In this document: positions 43,929-51,633 of the stretch, one piece after another | How positions within the stretch are numbered: position 1 is the first letter of the stretch | Layout of the letters: each line of letters starts with the position of its first letter | Source: Candidatus Nanoarchaeia archaeon | GTDB taxonomy: Archaea; Nanobdellota; Nanobdellia; Woesearchaeales; GW2011-AR4 | Assembly (NCBI GenBank): GCA_035293285.1 | Contig: DATDOM010000046.1 | Span: 5,982-69,981, forward strand | Direction: 5' to 3' | Length of the DNA stretch: 64,000 bases | Notes under the pieces: model-generated | Seen by the model: the letters and a program-made list of their open reading frames with translations, nothing else | Told to the model about the DNA's origin: nothing | Database searches by the model: none | Made by a program: the position numbers and the translations under genes

Positions 43929-44474
43929 ATGGGAGATCCAAAAAAACACAGAAGGAAATTTTCAAAGCCGAGCCATCCCTGGCAAAAGGAAAGGATTGAG
44001 GCAGAGAAAATAATCATGAAAGATTACGGCCTGAGGAGAAAGCAGGAAATCTGGAAAATGAGCTCATTGCTTCAGACGTTCTTAAACAGGGCAAAAACAA
44101 TCATCGCGCAAAGAACTGTCCAGTCAGAAATCGAGCAAAAGCAGCTTTTGACAAGGCTAATCAAGCTTGGATTAATCAAGCCGAATGCAAAAGTCGAGGA
44201 TGTATTAAATCTTACAATGAAAGACATGCTTGAAAGAAGGCTTCAGACAATTGTAGTAAGAAAACACATCTCAAAGTCAATGCTTCAGGCAAGACAATTG
44301 ATAACTCACGAGCACATTGCAGTTGGCGCAAGAAAAATAACTTCACCGTCATATCTTGTAAGCACAAGCGAAGAATCTCACATTAAATTAATAGACCCGA
44401 TAAATTTGGAAACGCCTCCGCCGGCAGCGCCTGAAAAGGAAAAGGCGGTTGAAGTAAAAGCAGAGGCTAAATAA
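43929..44474 (+). CDS. rps4: 30S ribosomal protein uS4
   Basis: [27 protein letters not shown]...[11 protein letters not shown]. Confidence 0.9.
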   Translation: MGDPKKHRRKFSKPSHPWQKERIEAEKIIMKDYGLRRKQEIWKMSSLLQTFLNRAKTIIAQRTVQSEIEQKQLLTRLIKLGLIKPNAKVEDVLNLTMKDMLERRLQTIVVRKHISKSMLQARQLITHEHIAVGARKITSPSYLVSTSEESHIKLIDPINLETPPPAAPEKEKAVEVKAEAK

Positions 44475-44475
44475 A

Positions 44476-44874
44476 ATGGAACAAAGACAGCAAAGATGGG
44501 GAATAGCGCACATTTACGCTTCATACAATAATACAATAATCCATATCACAGACATAACAGGAACTGAAACACTTGCTGTAGGCTCTGGTGGAATGGTTGT
44601 CAAAAGCGACCGAATGGAAGGTTCTCCGACAGCAGCAATGATTGCAGCAAAAAAAGCAGCAGAGATTGCAAGAGATAAAGGAATCACAGGAATTCACGTC
44701 AGGATTAAAGCGCCAGGAGGCCATAACGGCCCTACAAGCCCAGGACCTGGAGCACAGGCTGCTATAAGGGCATTATCAAGAATGGGATTAAGGATTGGCA
44801 CAATCGAAGAGGTCACACCACTTCCACACGACGGCTGCCGAAAGAAAGGCGGAAAACGAGGAAGAAGGGTTTAA
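44476..44874 (+). CDS. rps11: 30S ribosomal protein uS11
   Basis: [28 protein letters not shown]...[11 protein letters not shown]. Confidence 0.9.
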   Translation: MEQRQQRWGIAHIYASYNNTIIHITDITGTETLAVGSGGMVVKSDRMEGSPTAAMIAAKKAAEIARDKGITGIHVRIKAPGGHNGPTSPGPGAQAAIRALSRMGLRIGTIEEVTPLPHDGCRKKGGKRGRRV

Positions 44875-44905
44875 ACTAATTAATTAAAAAAGGAAAAATA
44901 AAAGG

Positions 44906-45709
44906 TTGAAGAACATGGAAATCAAGGTTTTGGAAAACAAGAAGGACGAGGGAAAGCTTACATTTCTTTTCAAGGACACAAACCATATATTTGTAAATAC
45001 TCTGAGAAGGTTAATCTTAGACAGCGTTCCTTCAATGGCTATCGAAGAAGTTGAGTTTAGCAAAAACAACTCGATCCTTTATGATGAGATGATATCACAC
45101 AGGCTTGGCCTTATTCCATTAAAGACCGACTTGAAATCATACAACCTTATTGAAAACTGCAAGTGCGAAGGCAAGGGATGCAACCGATGCCAGCTTAAGA
45201 TGGTATTAAAGACAGGAAAAAACGGAATGGTTTATGCCTCAGAAATCAAAAGCAAGGACCCTGCTGTAAAGCCAGTCCATCCTGAAATGCCAATTGTAAA
45301 ATTGCTTAAGGGCCAGTCTCTCGAGCTTGAGGCAACAGCAATGCTTGGAACAGGAAAGCAGCATTCAAAGTGGTCGCCTGGACACTTTTACTTCAAGTGC
45401 AAGCCTATTGTTGAGATAAAAGGCGACGTGAAGAACCCTGAGACAATCATAGAAATGGATCACAATAATATTTTCGAAATAAAAGACCGCAAGCTTGTTG
45501 TCAACAAGGACAAGGTGCTTGACTGCGATTTGTCTCTTGACTTTTCAGAGATTGATAAAAATGTAGTAGTTACTGCAAGTACAAGCGATTTTGTAGTAAA
45601 TGTAGAATCATTCGGACAGTTAAGCTGCAAGGAAATGCTCAATCAGGCGCTCGATGTATTTGACGAGCAGCTGGACAAGTTCAGCGACGAAGTAAAGAAG
45701 ATAAAATAA
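44906..45709 (+). CDS. rpoD: DNA-directed RNA polymerase subunit D (Rpo3)
   Basis: FVNTLRRLILDSVPSMAIEEVEF..NNSILYDEMISHRLGLIPL; Cys cluster CKCEGKGCNRC. Confidence 0.9.
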   Translation: MKNMEIKVLENKKDEGKLTFLFKDTNHIFVNTLRRLILDSVPSMAIEEVEFSKNNSILYDEMISHRLGLIPLKTDLKSYNLIENCKCEGKGCNRCQLKMVLKTGKNGMVYASEIKSKDPAVKPVHPEMPIVKLLKGQSLELEATAMLGTGKQHSKWSPGHFYFKCKPIVEIKGDVKNPETIIEMDHNNIFEIKDRKLVVNKDKVLDCDLSLDFSEIDKNVVVTASTSDFVVNVESFGQLSCKEMLNQALDVFDEQLDKFSDEVKKIK

Positions 45710-45746
45710 GCCCACGGAGTTAGGACCATTATGCCTCCTGCGTTTT

Positions 45747-45832
45747 GCGGGGGTGGCGGAGCCTGGTCAAACGTGCTAGCTTGAGGGGCTAGTCCCTTAG
45801 TGGGTGCGCGTGTTCGAATCACGTCCCCCGCA
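45747..45832 (+). tRNA. tRNA-Leu (anticodon GAG), intron-less
   Basis: GCGGGGG-TG-GCG..CGT-G-CTAGC-TTGAGGG-GCTAG-TCCCTTAGTGGGTGC-GCGTG-TTCGAAT-CACGT-CCCCCGC-A. Confidence 0.9.
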
Positions 45833-46025
45833 TTAAAATCACAAACCAAAATCAAAAAATAAAATGGCAATAATCAAATTATCAAAAACAAGGCAGAGGC
45901 TTTATGCCCCTTCAAGCTTGACGAGTTCTTTTTGGTCAAGCTTTTACTTGAAAATCAAAGATTTTCAAGTTCCCAAAAATCGCTTGCGATTTTTTAGGAT
46001 CTTGTTAAGAAAAAGGTTGTAGAAA

Positions 46026-46394
46026 ATGGCATCACAAAGAACAGGACCAACAAACCCAATCCTTGCAAGCTTGATTGTAGAGCTAAAGAAAAAAGGCAGC
46101 GAGGAGGAAATCAACCTTTGGAGAAGGGTAGCCTATGACCTTGAAAGGTCAACAAGGCGAAGAAGAGTTGTAAATCTGTCAAGCATCTCAAGATACACAA
46201 AAGCTAACGAGATAATCATTGTTCCAGGAAAAGTTCTTGGCGCAGGTTCTCTTGACCACAAATTAACAATTTCAGCATTCCAGTTTTCAGATGGAGCTAA
46301 GGAAAAGATAGAAAAAACTGGCTCAAAGATAGTTCCTTTGCTTGAATTAAGCAAGGAAAACCCAAGCGGAAAGGGAATAAGGATAATCGGTTGA
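46026..46394 (+). CDS. rpl18e: 50S ribosomal protein L18e
   Basis: RTGPTNPILASLIVELKKK...RRRVVNLSSISRYTKANEIIIVPGKVLGAG. Confidence 0.85.
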   Translation: MASQRTGPTNPILASLIVELKKKGSEEEINLWRRVAYDLERSTRRRRVVNLSSISRYTKANEIIIVPGKVLGAGSLDHKLTISAFQFSDGAKEKIEKTGSKIVPLLELSKENPSGKGIRIIG

Positions 46395-46825
46395 TTTTCA
46401 TGGATAACAGAATAATAATTGACGGAAAAGATGCAATCTTGGGGAGAGTCTGCACTTATGCTGCAAAGCAGGCATTGCTAGGGCAAAACGTACAAGTAAT
46501 AAACTGCGAGGAAATGGTAGTTTCCGGCAAGAAAAACCCGATAATTGAGAATTACACAAGGAGAATAGACAGAAAAGCCCCAAATAAAGGGCCTTATCTT
46601 TACAGAAGGCCTGACATGTTTGTAAGAAGGACAATAAGAGGAATGCTCCCATTCAAAAGGTCAAGAGGAAGAGAGGCATACAAAAATGTAATATGCCACG
46701 TCGGAGTTCCTCCAGAGCTTAAAGATAGCAAGGCAGTTGTTTTCGAAGACACAAAGATGGAAAAACTAAAGACAGCTGACACATTAAAATTAAAAGAAAT
46801 CTGCGGGCGAATAGGTGCAAGATAA
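46391..46825 (+). CDS. rpl13: 50S ribosomal protein uL13
   Basis: IIIDGKDAILGRVCTYAAKQALLGQNVQVINCEEMVVSG. Confidence 0.9.
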   Translation: MIFMDNRIIIDGKDAILGRVCTYAAKQALLGQNVQVINCEEMVVSGKKNPIIENYTRRIDRKAPNKGPYLYRRPDMFVRRTIRGMLPFKRSRGREAYKNVICHVGVPPELKDSKAVVFEDTKMEKLKTADTLKLKEICGRIGAR

Positions 46826-47228
46826 AATGAAAAACGTTCAGGCTTCAGGAAAAAGAAAAAGGTCAATAGCCAGAGCAGTTTTAAGGCAGGGAACAGGCAT
46901 TGTAAGAATAAACAAAGTGCCAGTTGAATTCGTCAGCCAGAGAATGTTCAGGCTCAAATTAATGGAACCTTTGATTCTTGCAGGCGATGCTGCTTCAAAA
47001 GTCAATATCGATATTGAAGTTGCAGGCGGAGGAATCTCAAGCCAGGCAGAGGCAGCGAGACTGGCAATTGCAAAAGTGCTTACAAATCACTCTAAAAGCG
47101 ATAAATTAAAGGAAATATTTTTAGCTTACGACAGGAATATGCTTGTTGCTGATGTAAGACGAAAAGAGCCTTCAAAGCCAAACAGGCACGGAAAGGCAAG
47201 AAGCAAAGTTCAAAAATCATACAGATGA
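46815..47228 (+). CDS. rps9: 30S ribosomal protein uS9
   Basis: VQASGKRKRSIARAVLRQGTGIVRINK...ends ...KARSKVQKSYR. Confidence 0.9.
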   Translation: MQDKMKNVQASGKRKRSIARAVLRQGTGIVRINKVPVEFVSQRMFRLKLMEPLILAGDAASKVNIDIEVAGGGISSQAEAARLAIAKVLTNHSKSDKLKEIFLAYDRNMLVADVRRKEPSKPNRHGKARSKVQKSYR

Positions 47229-47235
47229 GGTCAAA

Positions 47236-47433
47236 ATGATAATACCAATTCGATGCTGGAGCTGCGGAAAGCCAATAGGGCACTTATGGGAGCAATATCT
47301 GGAAAGAGTTGCAAAAGGAGAAGAAAGGAAGAAAATAATGGACGAGATTGGATTGCAGAGATACTGTTGCAGATCAATGTTCCTGGGTCACGTCGACTTG
47401 ATTGACACAGCAGCGCAGTTTAAGAAATTTTGA
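47236..47433 (+). CDS. rpoN: DNA-directed RNA polymerase subunit N (Rpo10)
   Basis: MIIPIRCWSCGKPIGHLWEQY...YCCRSMFLGHVDLID. Confidence 0.9.
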   Translation: MIIPIRCWSCGKPIGHLWEQYLERVAKGEERKKIMDEIGLQRYCCRSMFLGHVDLIDTAAQFKKF

Positions 47434-47455
47434 ATTCTTTTTTTATTAAAGACAA

Positions 47456-48727
47456 ATGTTACAAGTGCCTGGCGAGAAAGGTTTTTGCAGGGTAGCGGAG
47501 GTTTCCAAAACAGATTTGCATTTAATAGAAAAATTTCAGCGGGAAGTTTTAGGGCTTTCTGATTTAGAGACTATTACAGAAGACCATTTAGTTGCAATAA
47601 AACACGCGGGAGGCAATGTTATTGTCGCCAGGCTAAATGAAGACATCGATCCTGAGATTTTAGGATTTGCTGCGTATACTCCTTCAGTTTCAGGTAATCT
47701 TGTTTCTGTAAATAAAGTCGCATTTGGCGTAAATCCCAAATATGAAAATAGGAATGGGGTTGAGGGCTGGCTGAATTATTCAGTTGCCGTTTTTGGAGAT
47801 GAGGCAGTCAGAAACTTAAGCAAAGGAAGTTTTTCCAGTGCAAGCAGCAGGGTGGGAATTAGAGGGGTTACGCCTTATTCACTCGAAATTCTTTGTGAGT
47901 GTGATTATCCATTGATTGAGGGGTTTCAGGAAAATATTTGGAGTTATAAGCCCCTTCAAATGAGGTCAATAAGCCAGCTTAAGTCCATAAATGGTTCAGG
48001 AGGCCACATAATCGGGGCCAGGTTGAAAGATACCGGAAATTTGATAGGATTCTGCATGGACACGCCTTCAATCGCAGGCGGAAATCTTGGAAGGTATTCA
48101 ATAATAGCGGGTGTAGATCCAAATTATCAAAATATGGATGTGGGCTATCAGCTAAAATTATTCCAGATGGAGCTTGCGCTTTCAAGCGGCGCACGATTTA
48201 TTGACTGGACTTTTGACCCCCTTCAAAGCAGAAACGCATACTTCAACATTGAAAAGCTTGGTGCAACAATTTCAAACTACACTCCGAAATATTACAGAAA
48301 TGCAGGGGGAGGGTTAAACAATGGCCTTGACGCCGACAGGGTTGTTGCAGTAGTTGGCTTAAATTCAGAAAGGTTAGTTTCAAGTGTAAATAGGGAAAAT
48401 AAGGAGCATAACCTGCAGGAGTATCATAAATTGCTAAAGACAAAAGAGGTGGCAAGCTTTTTTATGTATGGGGATTTAAAAGAAAAATTTAATTATGTCA
48501 TACCTCACGGTGATTTGGACTTTTCCGATACAGGAAAAATTGCGATTGAAGTGCCTTACGACATAGGAAAAATTGCAAAAGACGTAACGTTCATTGCAAA
48601 AGACTGGCAAACATACCTTAGGCAGGCATTCGCACAAGTATTTAATACGGGTTATATTGTAACGGGATTCATAACGACAAAAGAAGGTATTCCAAGAAGC
48701 TACTACCTTTTGACAAAGAAAAATTAA
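47456..48727 (+). CDS. tandem GNAT-fold-like protein (COG3375-like)
   Basis: IDWTFDPLQSRNAYFNIEKLGATISNYTPKYY resembles the conserved block of that family; the N-terminal half looks like a degenerate repeat. Confidence 0.4.
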   Translation: MLQVPGEKGFCRVAEVSKTDLHLIEKFQREVLGLSDLETITEDHLVAIKHAGGNVIVARLNEDIDPEILGFAAYTPSVSGNLVSVNKVAFGVNPKYENRNGVEGWLNYSVAVFGDEAVRNLSKGSFSSASSRVGIRGVTPYSLEILCECDYPLIEGFQENIWSYKPLQMRSISQLKSINGSGGHIIGARLKDTGNLIGFCMDTPSIAGGNLGRYSIIAGVDPNYQNMDVGYQLKLFQMELALSSGARFIDWTFDPLQSRNAYFNIEKLGATISNYTPKYYRNAGGGLNNGLDADRVVAVVGLNSERLVSSVNRENKEHNLQEYHKLLKTKEVASFFMYGDLKEKFNYVIPHGDLDFSDTGKIAIEVPYDIGKIAKDVTFIAKDWQTYLRQAFAQVFNTGYIVTGFITTKEGIPRSYYLLTKKN

Positions 48728-48728
48728 A

Positions 48729-49307
48729 ATGAAATTCGTAATTGAGCATATGGATAATGAACTTTATGAGTGGTCCTTTCTGGAATACAGGCATATCTCA
48801 GAATTTGTAGGGAAAGAAAGCCTTATTTTTACAAATATAGAAAACCAAGCAGATTCAAAAAAGCTGGAAAAATACGGAACTGTAAAAAAAGAAAAGATTT
48901 CAAATTTAATTCCGCATAAAGTCTGTGTTCTAAGCCAGTACGCAGAAAAAATTCTTGAGACAAAAGACAAAAGCCATTTTGATTTTTTCATCTTCGGAGG
49001 CATTCTTGGAGACAACCCTGCAAAGAAAAGGACTGAAGATATAATAAACAGCCTGAAGGCAAAAAATATAAAATTTGAAGAAAGAAACCTTGGAAATGTC
49101 CAGATGCCCACAGATGTTGCAGTTTACGTCGCAAAAAAGATTCTTGAAGGCGCAAAGTTCAGCGAATTGAAATTTATCGACAAAGTCGAGATTGACATAA
49201 ATGACAATGAATGCATTGATTTGCCGTTTAGGTACATCGTTGATAATCATAAATTGATAATAAGCGAACAACTGGTTGAATACTTAAAAAACAGGGAAGA
49301 ATTCTGA
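48729..49307 (+). CDS. SPOUT-type methyltransferase, Sfm1/DUF431-like
   Basis: MKFVIEHMDNELYEWSFLEYRHI, FDFFIFGGILGDNPAKKRT, LGNVQMPTDVAV, LPFRYIV. Confidence 0.55.
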   Translation: MKFVIEHMDNELYEWSFLEYRHISEFVGKESLIFTNIENQADSKKLEKYGTVKKEKISNLIPHKVCVLSQYAEKILETKDKSHFDFFIFGGILGDNPAKKRTEDIINSLKAKNIKFEERNLGNVQMPTDVAVYVAKKILEGAKFSELKFIDKVEIDINDNECIDLPFRYIVDNHKLIISEQLVEYLKNREEF

Positions 49308-49351
49308 AATTATATTGAATTAGGATAGGTAGTACCAGTTCAAACCTAAGA

Positions 49352-49540
49352 AATCATTGCAATATTTCGAGGCAAATTTTAGTGCTAATCAAAATTTGCC
49401 AAGTGAAATTCTTGAAAATTCGGAGAATTTTCCGTTTAAATTGCAAAAATACAAAACAGGCAATAAAAAACGGCAATAACGAGTAACATTGAATTAGTCC
49501 AATTAAACTTTGAAATAAAAAAGCCAGAAATTAAAAATAA
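49352..49540 (+). repeat. two-hairpin repeat, long form (copy E8)
   Basis: TCATTGCAATATTTCGAGG, H1 49371-49400, GCCAAG variant, H2 49414-49432, GGCAATAAC 49472-49480, AACATTGAAT / AATTAAAC boxes. Confidence 0.75.
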
Positions 49541-49544
49541 AAAA

Positions 49545-50408
49545 TCACTTCTCTTTCCTGCTTAAGAAATAAACTCCAACAAGCAAAATCATTATACCAA
49601 AAAACTGCATCAGTGTTATTGTCTCCTGCAAAAATAAATATCCAGTTACAACTGCAAAAAACGGGCTTGCAAGCTCAAGCGCTCCTGCCTGCGCGGCCTT
49701 GATTCTTTTCATGCTTTCATAATAAAGAATCATCCCGACGCCGATAACAGCACCAACCAAAATCTGATAGATGTTTGATACAACAAGGGAGCCTGTCAAA
49801 ACCAAATAAGCAAAAAAAGCAACCGAGGCAAAGGAATATCTGTAAAATACTATTGTGCCGGGGTCAAGTTTGCTGAGATATTTCTTCATTACAATTGAAG
49901 TGATTGCCCAAAGTACTGCTGTGGTTAATACAAGCAAATCTCCAAATGTCCCGATTTTAAGGTGCAATAAGTTCTGAAAATTTTTTGTTGTTACAAAAAG
50001 TCCCGCAATTATCATGAAAAACATTCCAAGATAATCATACTTTGTGAGTTTTTCTTCCTTGAGTGTAAAATATGCCATTACCGCTATGAAAACAGGCTGT
50101 GTATGCGCAATCAAAACTGCATTTATGACAGGAACTCTTGAAAGCGCATATACATACAAAAGCTCTGCAATTAATGTTGCAGTGAGTGAGATGTATGCAA
50201 TTGCAGAGAATTCTTTTTTGGTTATTTTGAAGCTTGCCTTGGAAAATAGGACATAAGCAAGTGCAATTAATGCTGCAACAAAAGTCCTTATTGCCGTTGT
50301 GTGGATAAAATCCGAAGTACTGTAGGAAAGCTTGACAAGTATGGGCTCAATTGACCACAAAAAGGCGGAGCCGAGTATCAAAAAAACGCCGATTAGTTTC
50401 TTGTTCAT
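49545..50408 (-). CDS. EamA/DMT-family transporter
   Basis: 10 hydrophobic spans in two EamA-like halves. Confidence 0.8.
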   Translation of the reverse strand: MNKKLIGVFLILGSAFLWSIEPILVKLSYSTSDFIHTTAIRTFVAALIALAYVLFSKASFKITKKEFSAIAYISLTATLIAELLYVYALSRVPVINAVLIAHTQPVFIAVMAYFTLKEEKLTKYDYLGMFFMIIAGLFVTTKNFQNLLHLKIGTFGDLLVLTTAVLWAITSIVMKKYLSKLDPGTIVFYRYSFASVAFFAYLVLTGSLVVSNIYQILVGAVIGVGMILYYESMKRIKAAQAGALELASPFFAVVTGYLFLQETITLMQFFGIMILLVGVYFLSRKEK

Positions 50409-50414
50409 AAATTC

Positions 50415-50933
50415 CTATTTTTTCTTTTTTGACTTGGATTTCCTGTCTTTTGCAAGCAGCTTAAAGAAGCGCTTCTTATAGTCAGCCCCCACAATGTACC
50501 CTGTGCAGTTCTTCGTGCCGCATTTGCACGGGTGCTCGTAATATTCTTCATGGTCGTAGCCGTAATCATAATAAAGCTCCTCCCCTTTCAGAATTTTCCT
50601 TTTTGAGATAATCCAGATATGGTCATTTTTTATTTCAATTCGGCAGTTTGGAGTGCAGGAATGGTTGATGTACCTTGCAGTATTCCACAGCGGGCTGCCG
50701 TCTATGTCCTGTTTTTTATCGAGCTCAAACACATATTCCTGCCCAATAAGGTGGTTTTTGGCTGCCTTTTCAAACTGCGCCTCTGACCTCTTTGTTCCTT
50801 CGCCGGCAGCCACTATTTCGCCGACATATTCGATTATCCTTGTGCTTTTTGGAATGTCTTTTTTTGCAAAAGCCCCGTTATTATGGATCCTGGACTTTTT
50901 TATAATCATATACTCAGATTTAGTTGGTTTCAT
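50415..50933 (-). CDS. SET-domain lysine methyltransferase
   Basis: IHNNGAFAKKDIPKSTRIIEYVGEI, ARYINHSCTPNC, GEELYYDYGYD, post-SET CKCGTKNC. Confidence 0.85.
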   Translation of the reverse strand: MKPTKSEYMIIKKSRIHNNGAFAKKDIPKSTRIIEYVGEIVAAGEGTKRSEAQFEKAAKNHLIGQEYVFELDKKQDIDGSPLWNTARYINHSCTPNCRIEIKNDHIWIISKRKILKGEELYYDYGYDHEEYYEHPCKCGTKNCTGYIVGADYKKRFFKLLAKDRKSKSKKKK

Positions 50934-50951
50934 GTTTTGCCTCTTTCAGAT

Positions 50952-51377
50952 TTAGTTTATGTTAAAAGCTTCCTTTACCTCAGAATTCCCGGAATCATAG
51001 AAAAAAAGCTCGCACCTGTATGCGCCCTTGTCTTTTAGAAAATCATTCATCCAAGGAATCATTTTTCCCTTGACATCCTTCAGGAAGTTTTCAAAGAAGT
51101 TTTCGTCATTAATCTTGGTTTCGTCCATTGTGAATCTTACTTTTAGCTCATATTCGTCATTGCCAGTCATCAGGCATTCAAGGCTTACTTCCAGAAAATT
51201 TTCCTTCGGTTTGAAAATTCCTTCTTTAAGTGTAACATAGATAATGTTGCTTTTTACTGAAATCTTTATCTTCTTGTTCTCGGGTTCTGAAATTTCGGAT
51301 ATAATTGGGTCTATAAGCTCCTTAAATCCCCTAATAAAATCCTGTATCAGCACAGACTCATTGTCCCAGGTTGCCAT
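50952..51377 (-). CDS. hypothetical protein
   Basis: 141-aa acidic ORF with no recognisable motif. Confidence 0.3.
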   Translation of the reverse strand: MATWDNESVLIQDFIRGFKELIDPIISEISEPENKKIKISVKSNIIYVTLKEGIFKPKENFLEVSLECLMTGNDEYELKVRFTMDETKINDENFFENFLKDVKGKMIPWMNDFLKDKGAYRCELFFYDSGNSEVKEAFNIN

Positions 51378-51468
51378 AAGAACTGGACATTATCCCACAA
51401 TTTAAATATTTCTTTTTAAGACTATTACAAAATTAAGTTTATAGTCTATGTATCATCGTTGCCAAAGT

Positions 51469-51542
51469 GGCGTGCGGCGAGCCGAGGGACGGCTCCTCCG
51501 GAGTGGCGAGCAGGTTTTCCCAAAGAAAACCGTCGCACCGCC
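51469..51542 (+). ncRNA. GC-rich three-way-junction element upstream of leuS (candidate leader/small RNA)
   Basis: Closing helix ggcgtgcggc/gtcgcaccgcc (10 bp, one bulge, one G-U that is valid only on the + strand). Hairpins gagcc/ggctc (loop gagggac) and ggttttc/gaaaacc (loop ccaaa). Confidence 0.4.
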
Positions 51543-51633
51543 GATATAGAAAAAATTCAGACCAATTTTTAGAGCTTGAGTTGGACTTATTTTTTGCATA
51601 ATCTTTAAAAACAAAATTAAATAACTCAGAAAT

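Noticed and set aside
45864-46000. Possible small ORF and two palindromes (caagcttgac/gtcaagctt at 45913-45943; aaaaatcgc/gcgattttt at 45975-45994) between tRNA-Leu(GAG) and L18e
   Set aside because: The ORF has no RBS or recognisable sequence. The palindromes are plausible terminator/operator hairpins, but they are single-copy and I have no support beyond self-complementarity.
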